A stretch of DNA of 24,000 nt from Pigmentiphaga sp. H8 (GCF_003854895.1 NZ_CP033966.1:1722689-1746688); one strand, 5' to 3'; positions 8,602-17,419 are shown, counted from the stretch's first letter. Notes: a model not told the origin generated them from the sequence alone. Translations and numbers: made by a program.

Positions 8602-9678
8602 CTAGAACCCCAGCGCCACCGCCAGTCCTCCGCCCACCACCCCGATCCCGACCACGCCCGCCATGAGCACGGCCAGCTCGACCGGCCTGAACGACTTCGC
8701 CACCATCGCGAGCGACGGCAGGCTGATGGGCGGCAAGGTCATGATGAGCGCGGCGGCCGGGCCGGCGGCCATGCCCAGCGACAGCATCGCCTGGACGATG
8801 GGAACTTCGCCGGCGGTGGGAATGACGAACAGCATGCCGGCCACGGCCAGGCCGACGATCCACAGCACGCTGTTGTCCACGCCGGCGCCGATTTCCGGGA
8901 ACAGCCAGGCGCGCGCGGCGCCCAGCAGCAGGACCAGCACGATGTACTCGGGCAGCAGGCGCAGCGTCATGCGGGCCAGGATGCGCATCCAGCGGCGCAA
9001 GACGTGCGCGTCGTCCAGGTCCGCGCCGCCCGCGGCCTGCATGGCCTGCATTTGCGCGCCGTCGAAGGTGTCGGTGCTGCCCCGGCTCATGCGGTTGAGC
9101 AGCCAGCCCAGGCCGAACACCATCACCAGGCCCAGCCCCAGGCGCAGACCCATCCAGTGCCAGCCCAGCACGAAGCCCATGAAGATCAGCGTGGCCGGAT
9201 TGAGCACGGTATTGCCCAGCCAGAACGCGGCCGCGCTGCCGGGCGCGGCCTGGCACTTGCGCAGTCCGGCCACGACCGGCGCGGCGCAGCAGGTGCACAT
9301 CATGCCGGGCAGGGAAAGCAGGCCGCCGGCCACGACGCTGCCCAGGCCGGTGCCGCCCAGCATGCGCAGTATCCAGGCGCGCGGCAGCAGGGCCTGCACG
9401 CCCGATCCCAGCAGCAGTCCCAGCACCATGGCTTTCCAGATGGCCAGGCCGTAGGCCACCGCATAGTCCAGCGCCGCGTGCATGGACGGCGCGGGCGGGG
9501 CGGACTGCTTGCCCATCAGGATGGACTGGCCGATGGAGTGTGTGTCGGCCGCCACGAAGGCGCGGTCGTAGTAGGGCGACCATTTCACGTAGAAGAGGCC
9601 GGCGATCGCGATCAGCGCGAACACCGCGATGGCCCAGGCGGGGTGGGGGGCGGAGCGTGTGGAGGCGTGGGTACTCAT
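8602..9678 (-). CDS. UPF0718/DUF318-like membrane permease
   Basis: Multi-TM protein starting MSTHASTRSAPHPAWAIAVFALIAIAGLFYVKW. It has the duplicated permease layout with GGLLSLPGMMCTCCAAPVVAGLRKCQAAPGSAAAFWLGNTVLNPATLIFMGF and PTAGEVPIVQAMLSLGMAAGPAAALIMTLPPISLPS. Confidence 0.8.
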   Translation of the reverse strand: MSTHASTRSAPHPAWAIAVFALIAIAGLFYVKWSPYYDRAFVAADTHSIGQSILMGKQSAPPAPSMHAALDYAVAYGLAIWKAMVLGLLLGSGVQALLPRAWILRMLGGTGLGSVVAGGLLSLPGMMCTCCAAPVVAGLRKCQAAPGSAAAFWLGNTVLNPATLIFMGFVLGWHWMGLRLGLGLVMVFGLGWLLNRMSRGSTDTFDGAQMQAMQAAGGADLDDAHVLRRWMRILARMTLRLLPEYIVLVLLLGAARAWLFPEIGAGVDNSVLWIVGLAVAGMLFVIPTAGEVPIVQAMLSLGMAAGPAAALIMTLPPISLPSLAMVAKSFRPVELAVLMAGVVGIGVVGGGLAVALGF

Positions 9679-9991
9679 GAAGGGCTGCGCAAGGTGCCGT
9701 CGTTGGCGAGGAGGCGCCATTTTAGTGGCTGCGCGTGCCTTTGCTTGAGCGGTGCCACGATTCCCGGTCGAGCTGGCGGCCTACCGTTTTTACAAACAGT
9801 CATCGGAACTGCAACTATTGACATTTGGCGCGAACCGATGCAGTCCGGTAGACAAAATCACTTACAATCGCTGGCCATGCGAGCCCGGGGAAGCCCCCGC
9901 CAACCCTTGCGTCGCAACGTCGTTCCAGCCCGTGATCGCATGGGCTTTTTTATTGGGCGCGGCCATCGCCGCGCAGGAAACGCGACCCGCC

Positions 9992-12043
9992 ATGATGACC
10001 GTCTTGGGATGTATCGTTTACAGCCACAATCCCTGGCTGGTGCTCGTCGCCGTCCTGATCTGCTGCGCGGGCTCCTGGGTGACCGTCCGGCTGTTCCAGC
10101 GGGCGGCTGGCACCTCGGGCGTACAGCGCCTTGGATGGCATGTCCTGACGGCGGTGGCGGCCGGCGCCGCGATCTGGTGCACGCACTTCATCGCCATGAT
10201 CGGTTTCGAGCCTGGAACGCCGGTCGCCTTCGATCCCGTGCTGACCGTGCTGTCCCTGCTGGTGGCCGTCGTCGGCGCCGCGCCGGGCTTCGCGCTCGCC
10301 TGCAGCCGGCGCCTGAGGTTCGCGCCAGCCCTGGGTGGCGCGGTGGTGGGTGTCGCGATCGTGCTCATGCACTACATCGGCATGCTGGCGTACCGGGTGC
10401 AGGGCCTCGTGTCGTGGGATCCGGGTTACCTGGTGGCGTCCGTCTTGATCTCCGTGGCATTTGCGGCATTGGCGCTGCACGCCGCGGCGCGTCTCGATCG
10501 CCCCGCCATGCGGTATGCCGCCGGCGGATTGCTGGGGCTGGCCATCGCCGGCCTGCACTTCACCGGCATGACGGCGTTCCAGGTCTCGCCCATGCTGGTC
10601 GACGGCATCTTCGCGCAGCCGCAGGCGCTGCAGGCGCTGGGCCTGGCGGTGGCCGGCGTGGCGCTGGTGATCGTGGGCGCCGGCGTGGCCAGCTATCTGA
10701 TCGACGACAGCGTGCGTTCGGAGTCGCTTGAACGATTGCGCCGCATGGCGCTGACCGACAGCCTGACGGAACTGCCCAACCGCAGCAGCTTCAACGATCG
10801 CCTGGACAACGAGATCTACCTGGCCGACCAGACGGGCGGACGCATCGCGCTGGTGGGCATCGACCTGAATCGCTTCAAGGAAATCAACGACCTGCACGGC
10901 CACGCCGCGGGCGACCGGGTCCTGGTGGTGCTGGCCCAGCGGATGCGCAGCCTGTTGCAGGAAGGCGAGTTCGTGGCGCGGCTGGGCGGCGACGAGTTCG
11001 TGGCCATCCACCGCATGCGCGAGGGCTCGCTGCTAGATTTCCTGTCGCGGCTGGAAACCTCGCTGTTCGCCCCCATCCAGGTCGAGGATTGGGAAGCGGT
11101 GCCGGGCGCCAGCCTGGGCGTGGCGATCTACCCCGACGATGCCCGCGACAAGAGCATGCTGATCGGCAATACCGACCTGGCGATGTACCGCGCGAAGTCG
11201 GACATGCTGAAGAACGTCTGTTTCTACGAGCCGTCGATGGACGAGGCGATCCGCGCCCGGCGTACCCTGGCCAGCGAACTGCGCGAGGCGCTCGAAAGCG
11301 GCCAGCTCGACATCCACTACCAGGTGCAGACCGCCGTCGAAACCCGCGAGATCCGTGGCTACGAGGCATTGCTGCGCTGGCTGCATCCGCGGCGCGGCTA
11401 CGTCCCGCCCGTCGAGTTCATTCCCCTGGCCGAAGAGAACGGCCTCATCCTGCAACTGGGAGAATGGGTGCTCAGGAACGCGTGCTCGCGGGCCGCTTCG
11501 TGGGATCCTCCCTACAAGGTGGCGGTCAACCTGTCGCGCGCGCAGTTCGCCCACGCCGACCTGCCGACGCTGATCCAGGACGTGCTGGCCGACACCGGGC
11601 TGCCGCCGGAGCGGCTGGAGCTCGAGTTGACCGAGTCCACGCTGTTCGCGGACCGCGAACGCTCGCTGTACATGCTGCGCGAGATCAAGGCGCTGGGGGT
11701 CAGCATCGCGCTGGACGATTTCGGCACCGGCTATTCCTCGCTCGAGACGTTGCGTACCTTCCCGTTCGACAAGATCAAGCTGGACTGCTCGTTCGTGAGC
11801 GAGGTCGAATCCAGCCCGCAGGCCCGCGCCATCGTGCGCGCGGTCCTGGCTCTGGGCAAGAGCCTGGACATTCCCGTGCTGGCCGAGGGCATCGAGACGC
11901 CGGGCCAGTTGTCGCTGCTGCGCAAGGAAGGCTGCGACGAAGTGCAGGGCTTTCTGCTCGGCCGTCCGGTGCCGCTGGGCCAGATCGTCAACAGCGGCCA
12001 GATATCCCTGGTCACCGCGGCAGACAGGCTGGTGCACCCTTAG
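9992..12043 (+). CDS. MHYT-GGDEF-EAL membrane signalling protein (putative diguanylate cyclase/phosphodiesterase)
   Basis: MHYT-type repeats (YSHNPWLVLVAVLICCAGSW, WCTHFIAMIGF, VLMHYIGMLAYR, GLHFTGMTAF). Intact RLGGDEF and EALLRW plus DDFGTGYSSL motifs. Likely start ATG 9992/9995; the ORF-track start at 9752 lies in the intergenic region. Confidence 0.93.
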   Translation: MMTVLGCIVYSHNPWLVLVAVLICCAGSWVTVRLFQRAAGTSGVQRLGWHVLTAVAAGAAIWCTHFIAMIGFEPGTPVAFDPVLTVLSLLVAVVGAAPGFALACSRRLRFAPALGGAVVGVAIVLMHYIGMLAYRVQGLVSWDPGYLVASVLISVAFAALALHAAARLDRPAMRYAAGGLLGLAIAGLHFTGMTAFQVSPMLVDGIFAQPQALQALGLAVAGVALVIVGAGVASYLIDDSVRSESLERLRRMALTDSLTELPNRSSFNDRLDNEIYLADQTGGRIALVGIDLNRFKEINDLHGHAAGDRVLVVLAQRMRSLLQEGEFVARLGGDEFVAIHRMREGSLLDFLSRLETSLFAPIQVEDWEAVPGASLGVAIYPDDARDKSMLIGNTDLAMYRAKSDMLKNVCFYEPSMDEAIRARRTLASELREALESGQLDIHYQVQTAVETREIRGYEALLRWLHPRRGYVPPVEFIPLAEENGLILQLGEWVLRNACSRAASWDPPYKVAVNLSRAQFAHADLPTLIQDVLADTGLPPERLELELTESTLFADRERSLYMLREIKALGVSIALDDFGTGYSSLETLRTFPFDKIKLDCSFVSEVESSPQARAIVRAVLALGKSLDIPVLAEGIETPGQLSLLRKEGCDEVQGFLLGRPVPLGQIVNSGQISLVTAADRLVHP

Positions 12044-12049
12044 GAAAGA

Positions 12050-12079
12050 AGGCATTGACCGGACAGCGGACGGCAATGC
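12050..12079 (+). terminator. Possible imperfect hairpin downstream of the GGDEF-EAL gene
   Basis: GGCATTG (12050-12056) / CAATGCC (12073-12079), exact 7-bp arms beginning 6 nt after the stop; no following T-run. Confidence 0.22.
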
Positions 12080-12154
12080 CCGGCGGTTGAGGGTATCCTT
12101 GCGGCAGGCCAGGCAGCGCGCCGTGGCGGCTCGAATCAAGGCAAGGGGACACAA

Positions 12155-13429
12155 TTGGCTGGGCAACGCATCGGCAACTGGTATTTCGGCTGGACCATCG
12201 TGGCGGCGGCTACGGGCCTGACGCTGCTGACCGTCGGTATGCGCATGGGCATAGGCCCGTTCTTCCTTCCCATCATCGAAGACCTGGGCTTCAGCCGCAG
12301 CATGCTGGCCGGCATGGTCGCGATCGGCATGCTCTGCTATGGCCTGGCGATGCCGCTGGCCGGTTATCTCGTGGCCGCGCGCGGCACGCGCTTCGTGCTG
12401 CTGACGGGCATGGTGGTGGTGGTGGTTTCATCCATCGCCACGGTCCTGGCGCGCCATCCGCTGGCGTTCTTCCTGGCGTTCGGAGTGGGGCAGTCGGTGG
12501 GGCTGGGACTGACCAGCCCGGTGGCGCTCACGCCCATCCTGACCCGCTGGTTCACGCGCCAGCGCGGCATGGCGCTGTTCTTTCTATCCACCGGGTCGAT
12601 GGCGGGCATCGCGCTGATGACCCCGGTGTTCACGTCGTTCATCGCCTGGCTGGGCTGGCGCACGACCATGCTGGTCTTCGCGGCGGCCTTCGCCCTGTTC
12701 ACGGTGCCCGCCGCGCTGCTGATCTTCCGCGACAATGCCCCGCCCGAGTCCGACCTGCGGCCCGAGGACCTCGCGGCACGGGCCACCGCCAAGGCCACGC
12801 AGCCCGGACCCGCCGCGGCCAGCCTGCGCGTGGGCGACGCGCTGCGCTCCGCGCCTTTCTGGCAGATCGCGCTGGGTCTTTTCGCCTGTGGGTTCAGCAT
12901 GAACCTGCTGGGATCGCACGGCGTGCCCATGCTGATGGACCACGGCTTCGACGCGATGACCAGCGCGCTGGGCATCGGCCTGATCGGCGCGGTGGCCGTG
13001 TTCAGCACGCTGGTGCTGGGACGCCTGGCCGACGTGCTGCCCCGGCGCGACATCCTGGCCACGATCTATCTCGTGCGCGGCCTGGGCTTCTTCGCGCTGG
13101 TCGTGGTCGGCACGCATTGGGAGCTGTACACGGCCGCCACGCTGGGCGGCATCGTCTGGTCGGGCAGCATCGCCCTGTCGTCGGCCTTGCTGGCCGACAT
13201 CTACGGCGTGAAGCTGGTGGGCATCCTGTACGGCTGGGCCTATCTGGGGCACCAGTTCGGCGGCATGATCAGCTCGTGGCTGGGCGGCTGGGGCTACGAG
13301 ACCTTCGGTACGCACTGGGTGTCGTTCGGCGCGGCCGGCACGCTGCTGGTGGCGGCCGCGCTGTTGTCCATGCGCCTGCCCCGGCGCGCGACGCTGCTGG
13401 TGCCGCGCGCCGCGCCGGCGGCGGGCTGA
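12155..13429 (+). CDS. Major facilitator superfamily (MFS) transporter
   Basis: About 12 hydrophobic segments (YFGWTIVAAATGLTLLTVGMRMGIGPFFLPIIEDLGFSRS...). TTG start at 12155 with GGGGA about 7 nt upstream. Confidence 0.9.
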   Translation: MAGQRIGNWYFGWTIVAAATGLTLLTVGMRMGIGPFFLPIIEDLGFSRSMLAGMVAIGMLCYGLAMPLAGYLVAARGTRFVLLTGMVVVVVSSIATVLARHPLAFFLAFGVGQSVGLGLTSPVALTPILTRWFTRQRGMALFFLSTGSMAGIALMTPVFTSFIAWLGWRTTMLVFAAAFALFTVPAALLIFRDNAPPESDLRPEDLAARATAKATQPGPAAASLRVGDALRSAPFWQIALGLFACGFSMNLLGSHGVPMLMDHGFDAMTSALGIGLIGAVAVFSTLVLGRLADVLPRRDILATIYLVRGLGFFALVVVGTHWELYTAATLGGIVWSGSIALSSALLADIYGVKLVGILYGWAYLGHQFGGMISSWLGGWGYETFGTHWVSFGAAGTLLVAAALLSMRLPRRATLLVPRAAPAAG

Positions 13430-13456
13430 GGAAGCGGGCCGCCGGCGCGGCGGGCG

Positions 13457-14431
13457 TCAGTTCACCGAAACGTTGAACTCCTTGATCAGCTTGGCCCACT
13501 CGCCGGCCTCGCGCTGCATCGATTGCCCGAAGGCGTCCGCGCTCACGAAGGCCGGCTCCAGCCCTTGGTTGCGCAGCCATGCCGTCACCTCGGGATCGCG
13601 CAGCACCGTCTGGATGTCGGCGTGCAGCTTGTCGATAATCGGCCGCGGCGTGCCGGCCGGCGCCAGGATGCCGAACCAGCCCCCCTCGCGCAGGCGGGGG
13701 AAGCCCAGCTCGGTGAATGTCGGGACTTCGGGCAGGACCTTCGAGCGCTTGGGCGCCAGCACCGCCAGGGCGCGTACCTTGCCTTCACGGATATGCGGCA
13801 GGGCGGTGCCGACCGAGTTGAAGCTCGATTCCACGTGTCCGCCCAGCATGTCGGCCAGCGACAGCGCCTCGCCCTTGTAGGGAACCGGCAGCACTTCCAT
13901 GCCGGCTCCCTGGCCAAGGATCAGGCTGTAGAAATGAAAGCTCGAGCCGGTGCCGAAGTTGCCCACGCCCAGCGGCTTGCCGCGCGTCTTCACGCCTTCG
14001 ACCAGTTGCGCGAGCGTCTTGTAGGGGGAGTCGGCGCGCACCACGAAGACGGTTTCCGTGTCGACCAGTTGCGCGACGGGGGTGAAGTCCTTGATGGGGT
14101 CGTAGGGCGTTTCGGGATACAGCAGCTTGACCATGCCGTGCGAGACGAAGGTCGACAGCAGGGTATAGCCGTCCGGGGCGGCGCGGGCGACGATTTCCGC
14201 GCCTATCCGCGTCGTGCCGCCGGGGCGGTTCTCGACCACGACGGGCTGTTTCCATTTCTTGTTCAGATGGTCCGCAAGCAGCCGGGTGATCCGGTCGGGG
14301 CTGCTGCCTGGCGGCCCGGGCAGGACGATGCGGATCGCCTTGTCCGGCCAGGACTGGGATTGGGCATGGGCGGGAGCGGCGGCGACGGCCAGGGCGCATG
14401 CCCAGGTCAGGTGGAACCAGCGATGCTTCAT
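13457..14431 (-). CDS. Bug-family (TTT) substrate-binding protein
   Basis: MKHRWFHLTWACALAVAAAPAHAQSQSWPDKAIRIVLPGPPGSSPDRITRLLADHLNKKWKQPVVVENRPGGTTRIGAEIVARAAPDGYTLL. Start at 14431; the longer ORF to 15100 is read-through of an alternate frame. Confidence 0.93.
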   Translation of the reverse strand: MKHRWFHLTWACALAVAAAPAHAQSQSWPDKAIRIVLPGPPGSSPDRITRLLADHLNKKWKQPVVVENRPGGTTRIGAEIVARAAPDGYTLLSTFVSHGMVKLLYPETPYDPIKDFTPVAQLVDTETVFVVRADSPYKTLAQLVEGVKTRGKPLGVGNFGTGSSFHFYSLILGQGAGMEVLPVPYKGEALSLADMLGGHVESSFNSVGTALPHIREGKVRALAVLAPKRSKVLPEVPTFTELGFPRLREGGWFGILAPAGTPRPIIDKLHADIQTVLRDPEVTAWLRNQGLEPAFVSADAFGQSMQREAGEWAKLIKEFNVSVN

Positions 14432-14463
14432 GGGGTGTCTCCTCGGTGGTGTTCGTCGTGTAA

Positions 14464-15309
14464 TCAATGGTGGCGCAGGAAGTCGTGGACGCTGCGGTTG
14501 AATCGGTCCGGGGCTTCGAGTTTGAGCAGATGGCCGCAACCCGCGAATGTTTCGAGCGCGGCGCCGTCCAGGGCGCCGCGCAGGCGCTCGGCATGTTCGA
14601 CGGGCGGTGCGACGCGGTCTTCCCCGCCCGCCAGGATCAACGTGGGCACATGGACGGCGGCCGCCAGGGCAAGCGCGTCGCAGTCGAACAGCATGTGCGT
14701 GGCCTGTGCCAGTCCCGCCGGGTGCACCGCCGCCTGCAGTTCCCCGAAGCGCCGGACCACCAGCGTGTCCGGGGCGGGGCCCAGGAAGCGGGGGGCGCGT
14801 TCCTCGGGTGTCTGGACCCTGGCCGCGGGCGAAAGCCGTTCGGCCATGCGCCGGGTGCGCTCGTCCAGAGGGAGGTGGGCGTAGCCCCGGGTCGGCACCG
14901 ACAGCACCATGGCCCGTGTCCGCTCCGGATATCGCCCGGCGAAGGCCTGGGCGATCAAGGTGCCCCAGGAACTGGCGACCAGATGCACGCGGTCCAGGGA
15001 CAAGGCGTCCAGCAGGGCGGCGAGCACTGCGGCGTAGGCATGCACGTCCGGCGCCGGGGAGGCGAGCGGCGTGCTGGCGCCGAAGCCGGGAGCGTTCCAC
15101 GCGAGCAGCCGCAGTTGCGTGGACAGGCCGGCCAGTTGCGCACGATAGCCGGCCGAGCTCGATCCGATGCCGTGCAGCAGCAGGACCGCGTCGGCGCCAT
15201 GGCCCGTGTCGCGGTATTCCAGGGTGCTTCCCGAAGGCAGAAGCGCGTGCCGCAGCGGGGGCAGGTCCGATCCGAGCAGGCGCCGGTCCACGGCTGACAG
15301 GGCGGGCAT
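14464..15309 (-). CDS. Alpha/beta hydrolase
   Basis: VLLLHGIGSSSAGYRAQLAGL...HLVASSWGTLIAQAFA (nucleophile elbow SSWGT), VPTLILAGGEDRV..., FAGCGHLLKLEAPDRF: complete hydrolase-fold signature. Confidence 0.92.
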   Translation of the reverse strand: MPALSAVDRRLLGSDLPPLRHALLPSGSTLEYRDTGHGADAVLLLHGIGSSSAGYRAQLAGLSTQLRLLAWNAPGFGASTPLASPAPDVHAYAAVLAALLDALSLDRVHLVASSWGTLIAQAFAGRYPERTRAMVLSVPTRGYAHLPLDERTRRMAERLSPAARVQTPEERAPRFLGPAPDTLVVRRFGELQAAVHPAGLAQATHMLFDCDALALAAAVHVPTLILAGGEDRVAPPVEHAERLRGALDGAALETFAGCGHLLKLEAPDRFNRSVHDFLRHH

Positions 15310-15313
15310 CGGA

Positions 15314-16342
15314 TCAGGCCTCCGTGGTCACGGGGCTGGCCAGCGCGGGCAGGACGAACTCCGCCATCAGTGCCGTCGAGCGCAGGGATTCGGCCAGGGT
15401 GAGATCGCCGAAAGCGAGGCGGCAGACGAAATAGTTGATGCCGGCCTGGTCCGCCGCTTCGGCGATCCAGTCCCGGACCGTGGCGGGCGAGCCGGCGATG
15501 CAAAGGCCGGCGCGTTGCGCGTCGTCGAAGTTGTCGGGAAAGGACAGGGTTCTGGGCAGGGTCCCGTGCTTGACCCACAGGTGCATCAGGTGCGTGTACC
15601 AGCGTCGGTACGCGCGCCGGGCCGAGTCCATCGCCTGCGCGTCGGTGTCGGCCACGACCACGTGCCGGCTCATGCCCAGGCAGGGGACGGCCTCGGCGGC
15701 ATGGCCCAGTTCCTGCCAGTGGAGGCGATACTGGTCGGTAATGGCGCGGACCTGCGTCGCGGGGCCGTTGCAGACGATGTTGATGGCGTTGGCCGCGGTC
15801 CATTGCGTGGCGGCCGGCGTGCCGGCGCCGTACCAGATCGGCGGGGTGGGCCGTTGCAGGCACTGCATTTCCACCGGTACGTCGCGCAGGTCGAAGTGCT
15901 TGCCCTGGAAATTCACGACGGGCTGGGTCAGTCCCTGCATGATGATCTGGTAGGACTCGTGGTAGATGCCCTGCGATTGCTCGGGATCGACGCCGTAGTA
16001 GCCCAGCTCGTAGGGCGAGATGCCGCGTCCGAACCCGACTTCGAGCCGGCCGTGGCTCAACTGGTCCAGCATGCAGATTTCTTCCATGACCCGCAGCGGG
16101 TGATGCATGCCCAGGGTGTAGACCAGCGGGCCGAAGCGCAGCCTGCGGGTGCGCTGGGCGACGGCGGCCAGATAGACGCTGGGCGACGGCGCGATGCCCA
16201 GAGGCGTCGAATGGTGCTCGGCGACATGATAGGCATGGAAGCCGCCCCGGTCGTAGGCTTCGGTCAGGATCAGCCTTTCTTCGTACTGCTGGGCGAGGGG
16301 GACGGTACCGCGGTCCATATGATCGAAAACGGCGAACTTCAT
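15314..16342 (-). CDS. LLM-class (luciferase-like) flavin-dependent oxidoreductase/monooxygenase
   Basis: MKFAVFDHMDRGTVPLAQQYEERLILTEAYDRGGFHAYHVAEHHSTPLGIAPSPSVYLAAVAQRTRRLRFGPLVYTLGMHHPLRVMEEICMLDQLSHGRLEVGFGRG is a canonical LuxA-like N-terminus. Confidence 0.95.
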   Translation of the reverse strand: MKFAVFDHMDRGTVPLAQQYEERLILTEAYDRGGFHAYHVAEHHSTPLGIAPSPSVYLAAVAQRTRRLRFGPLVYTLGMHHPLRVMEEICMLDQLSHGRLEVGFGRGISPYELGYYGVDPEQSQGIYHESYQIIMQGLTQPVVNFQGKHFDLRDVPVEMQCLQRPTPPIWYGAGTPAATQWTAANAINIVCNGPATQVRAITDQYRLHWQELGHAAEAVPCLGMSRHVVVADTDAQAMDSARRAYRRWYTHLMHLWVKHGTLPRTLSFPDNFDDAQRAGLCIAGSPATVRDWIAEAADQAGINYFVCRLAFGDLTLAESLRSTALMAEFVLPALASPVTTEA

Positions 16343-16405
16343 GGGATTTCCCTTGTAGGCGTGGAAAGCGGGCCGGCTCGAACCGGAGGCTAGGGAGAAC
16401 GGGCC

Positions 16406-16753
16406 CTAGCGGGCGAACAGCTGGAACACGGTGCCCGCGGGATCCGCGGCGGTGACGACCCGGCCATGGCCGCCCATGTCGCGTTGATCGAGTACCCGGC
16501 CACCCTGGGCCAGCACCCGGGCGCGGATGCCGTCCAGGTCGTCGCAGGCGAATACGAGTACCGCGCCGCGTGCATCGGGCGGGGCTTCCTGCGGCGCCGC
16601 CAGGGCGAAGCGGGATGCCCCCGCCTGGAACTCCGCCCAGCGGGAGCCGTCGGCGAAACGGGGAGCCAGTCCCAGCGCATCGCGGTAGAAGGCGCTCAGG
16701 GCGGCCATGTCGCGCGCGACGTGGTAGCCCATGCGTATCGAAGAAACCGTCAT
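16406..16753 (-). CDS. VOC-family (glyoxalase/bleomycin-resistance-like) protein
   Basis: MGYHVARDMAALSAFYRDALGLAPRFADGSRWAEFQAGASRFAL...GRVVTAADPAGTVFQLF: single VOC module. Confidence 0.88.
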   Translation of the reverse strand: MTVSSIRMGYHVARDMAALSAFYRDALGLAPRFADGSRWAEFQAGASRFALAAPQEAPPDARGAVLVFACDDLDGIRARVLAQGGRVLDQRDMGGHGRVVTAADPAGTVFQLFAR

Positions 16754-16775
16754 CGGTCTTTCCTCCAGATGGGTG

Positions 16776-17255
16776 TCAGGCGGCGCTGAACAGGCCGCTC
16801 TTGTAGAGCAGGGACAGATCGTCCCTGTCGGTCATGCCGACGATCTCGCCGATATAGAGCGTGTGGGTGCCGCCGTCGACGGCCTGGACCACCCTGCATT
16901 CGAACGTGGCCAGCGCATCGCGCAGCAGCGGCGCGCCGGTCTCGCCCTCGGTCCAGTCGCCGGTCTCGAAGCGCCCGCCCGGGGCGCCCGACGGCGAGGA
17001 GAAGGCGTGCGCGATGTCGGCCTGGCCATGGCTGAGGTAATTGACGCCGAAATAGCCCGCCTGTCCGATGGCGTCGTGGGCCCGGACCCGCTTGTTCACA
17101 CATACGAGCAATTGCGGCGGCTCGGCGCTGACGCTGCAGACGGCGGTGGCGGTCAGGCCCCGGCGTTCGCCCCGATGGGCGGCGCTGATGACCGTGACGG
17201 GGGCGGGAACCCGCCGCATGGCCGTCTTGAAGGCTGCGGAGTCGGACATACCCAT
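16776..17255 (-). CDS. Flavin reductase family protein (likely reductase partner of the LLM monooxygenase)
   Basis: FKTAMRRVPAPVTVISAAHRGERRGLTATAVCSVSAEPPQLLVCVNKRVRAHDAI...FGVNYLSHGQADIAHAFS. ATG at 17255 with TAGGAG 8 nt upstream; the ORF-track TTG 17276 lies upstream of the SD. Confidence 0.92.
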   Translation of the reverse strand: MGMSDSAAFKTAMRRVPAPVTVISAAHRGERRGLTATAVCSVSAEPPQLLVCVNKRVRAHDAIGQAGYFGVNYLSHGQADIAHAFSSPSGAPGGRFETGDWTEGETGAPLLRDALATFECRVVQAVDGGTHTLYIGEIVGMTDRDDLSLLYKSGLFSAA

Positions 17256-17270
17256 TAGGGTGTCTCCTAT

Positions 17271-17287
17271 ATTCAATATTATTGAAT
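17271..17287. promoter_or_regulatory. Candidate operator palindrome between divergent iclR-type gene and flavin reductase operon
   Basis: Exact ATTCAAT-ATT-ATTGAAT inverted repeat in a short AT-rich patch (about 17269-17310) inside otherwise very GC-rich DNA. Confidence 0.4.
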
Positions 17288-17419
17288 AATTTGATATTGT
17301 TAAATTTATCGTAGGCGGCGCGACGGCCCCCTGTCAAGAGGGGCCGGGGGGCGGCAGGTACAATCGGCGCCACGCTCGGCCCCACGCGGCGCGTATTTCC
17401 TGATCGGTCTATCGGATCC

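Noticed and set aside
8516-9583. 355-aa minus-strand ORF (and the 8581-10731 plus-strand 716-aa ORF) overlapping the permease gene
   Set aside because: Wrong-frame translations with Arg/Gly/Ala or His/Gln/Gly-rich sequence. The permease frame has coherent TM segments.
9950-11011. 353-aa minus-strand ORF opposite the MHYT/GGDEF region (and 11033-12166 minus ORF)
   Set aside because: Antisense to intact MHYT-GGDEF-EAL coding sequence and lacks any domain.
13439-13453. CCGCCG-GCG-CGGCGG hairpin between convergent MFS and Bug genes
   Set aside because: Six-bp stem in extremely GC-rich DNA is expected by chance; no T-tract.
13523-14884. 453-aa plus-strand ORF opposite the Bug and hydrolase genes
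   Set aside because: Antisense to two well-supported genes; composition is typical of GC-driven spurious ORFs.
14431-15100. N-terminal extension of the Bug ORF (ORF track 13457-15100)
   Set aside because: Arg/Pro-rich read-through of an alternate frame of the hydrolase gene. A clear signal peptide starts at ATG 14431.
16389-16410. GCTAGGG/CCCTAGC 7-bp inverted repeat near the VOC gene stop as a terminator
   Set aside because: Short stem, 8-nt loop, no T-run, and overlaps the VOC stop codon inside a probable operon. Not convincing.
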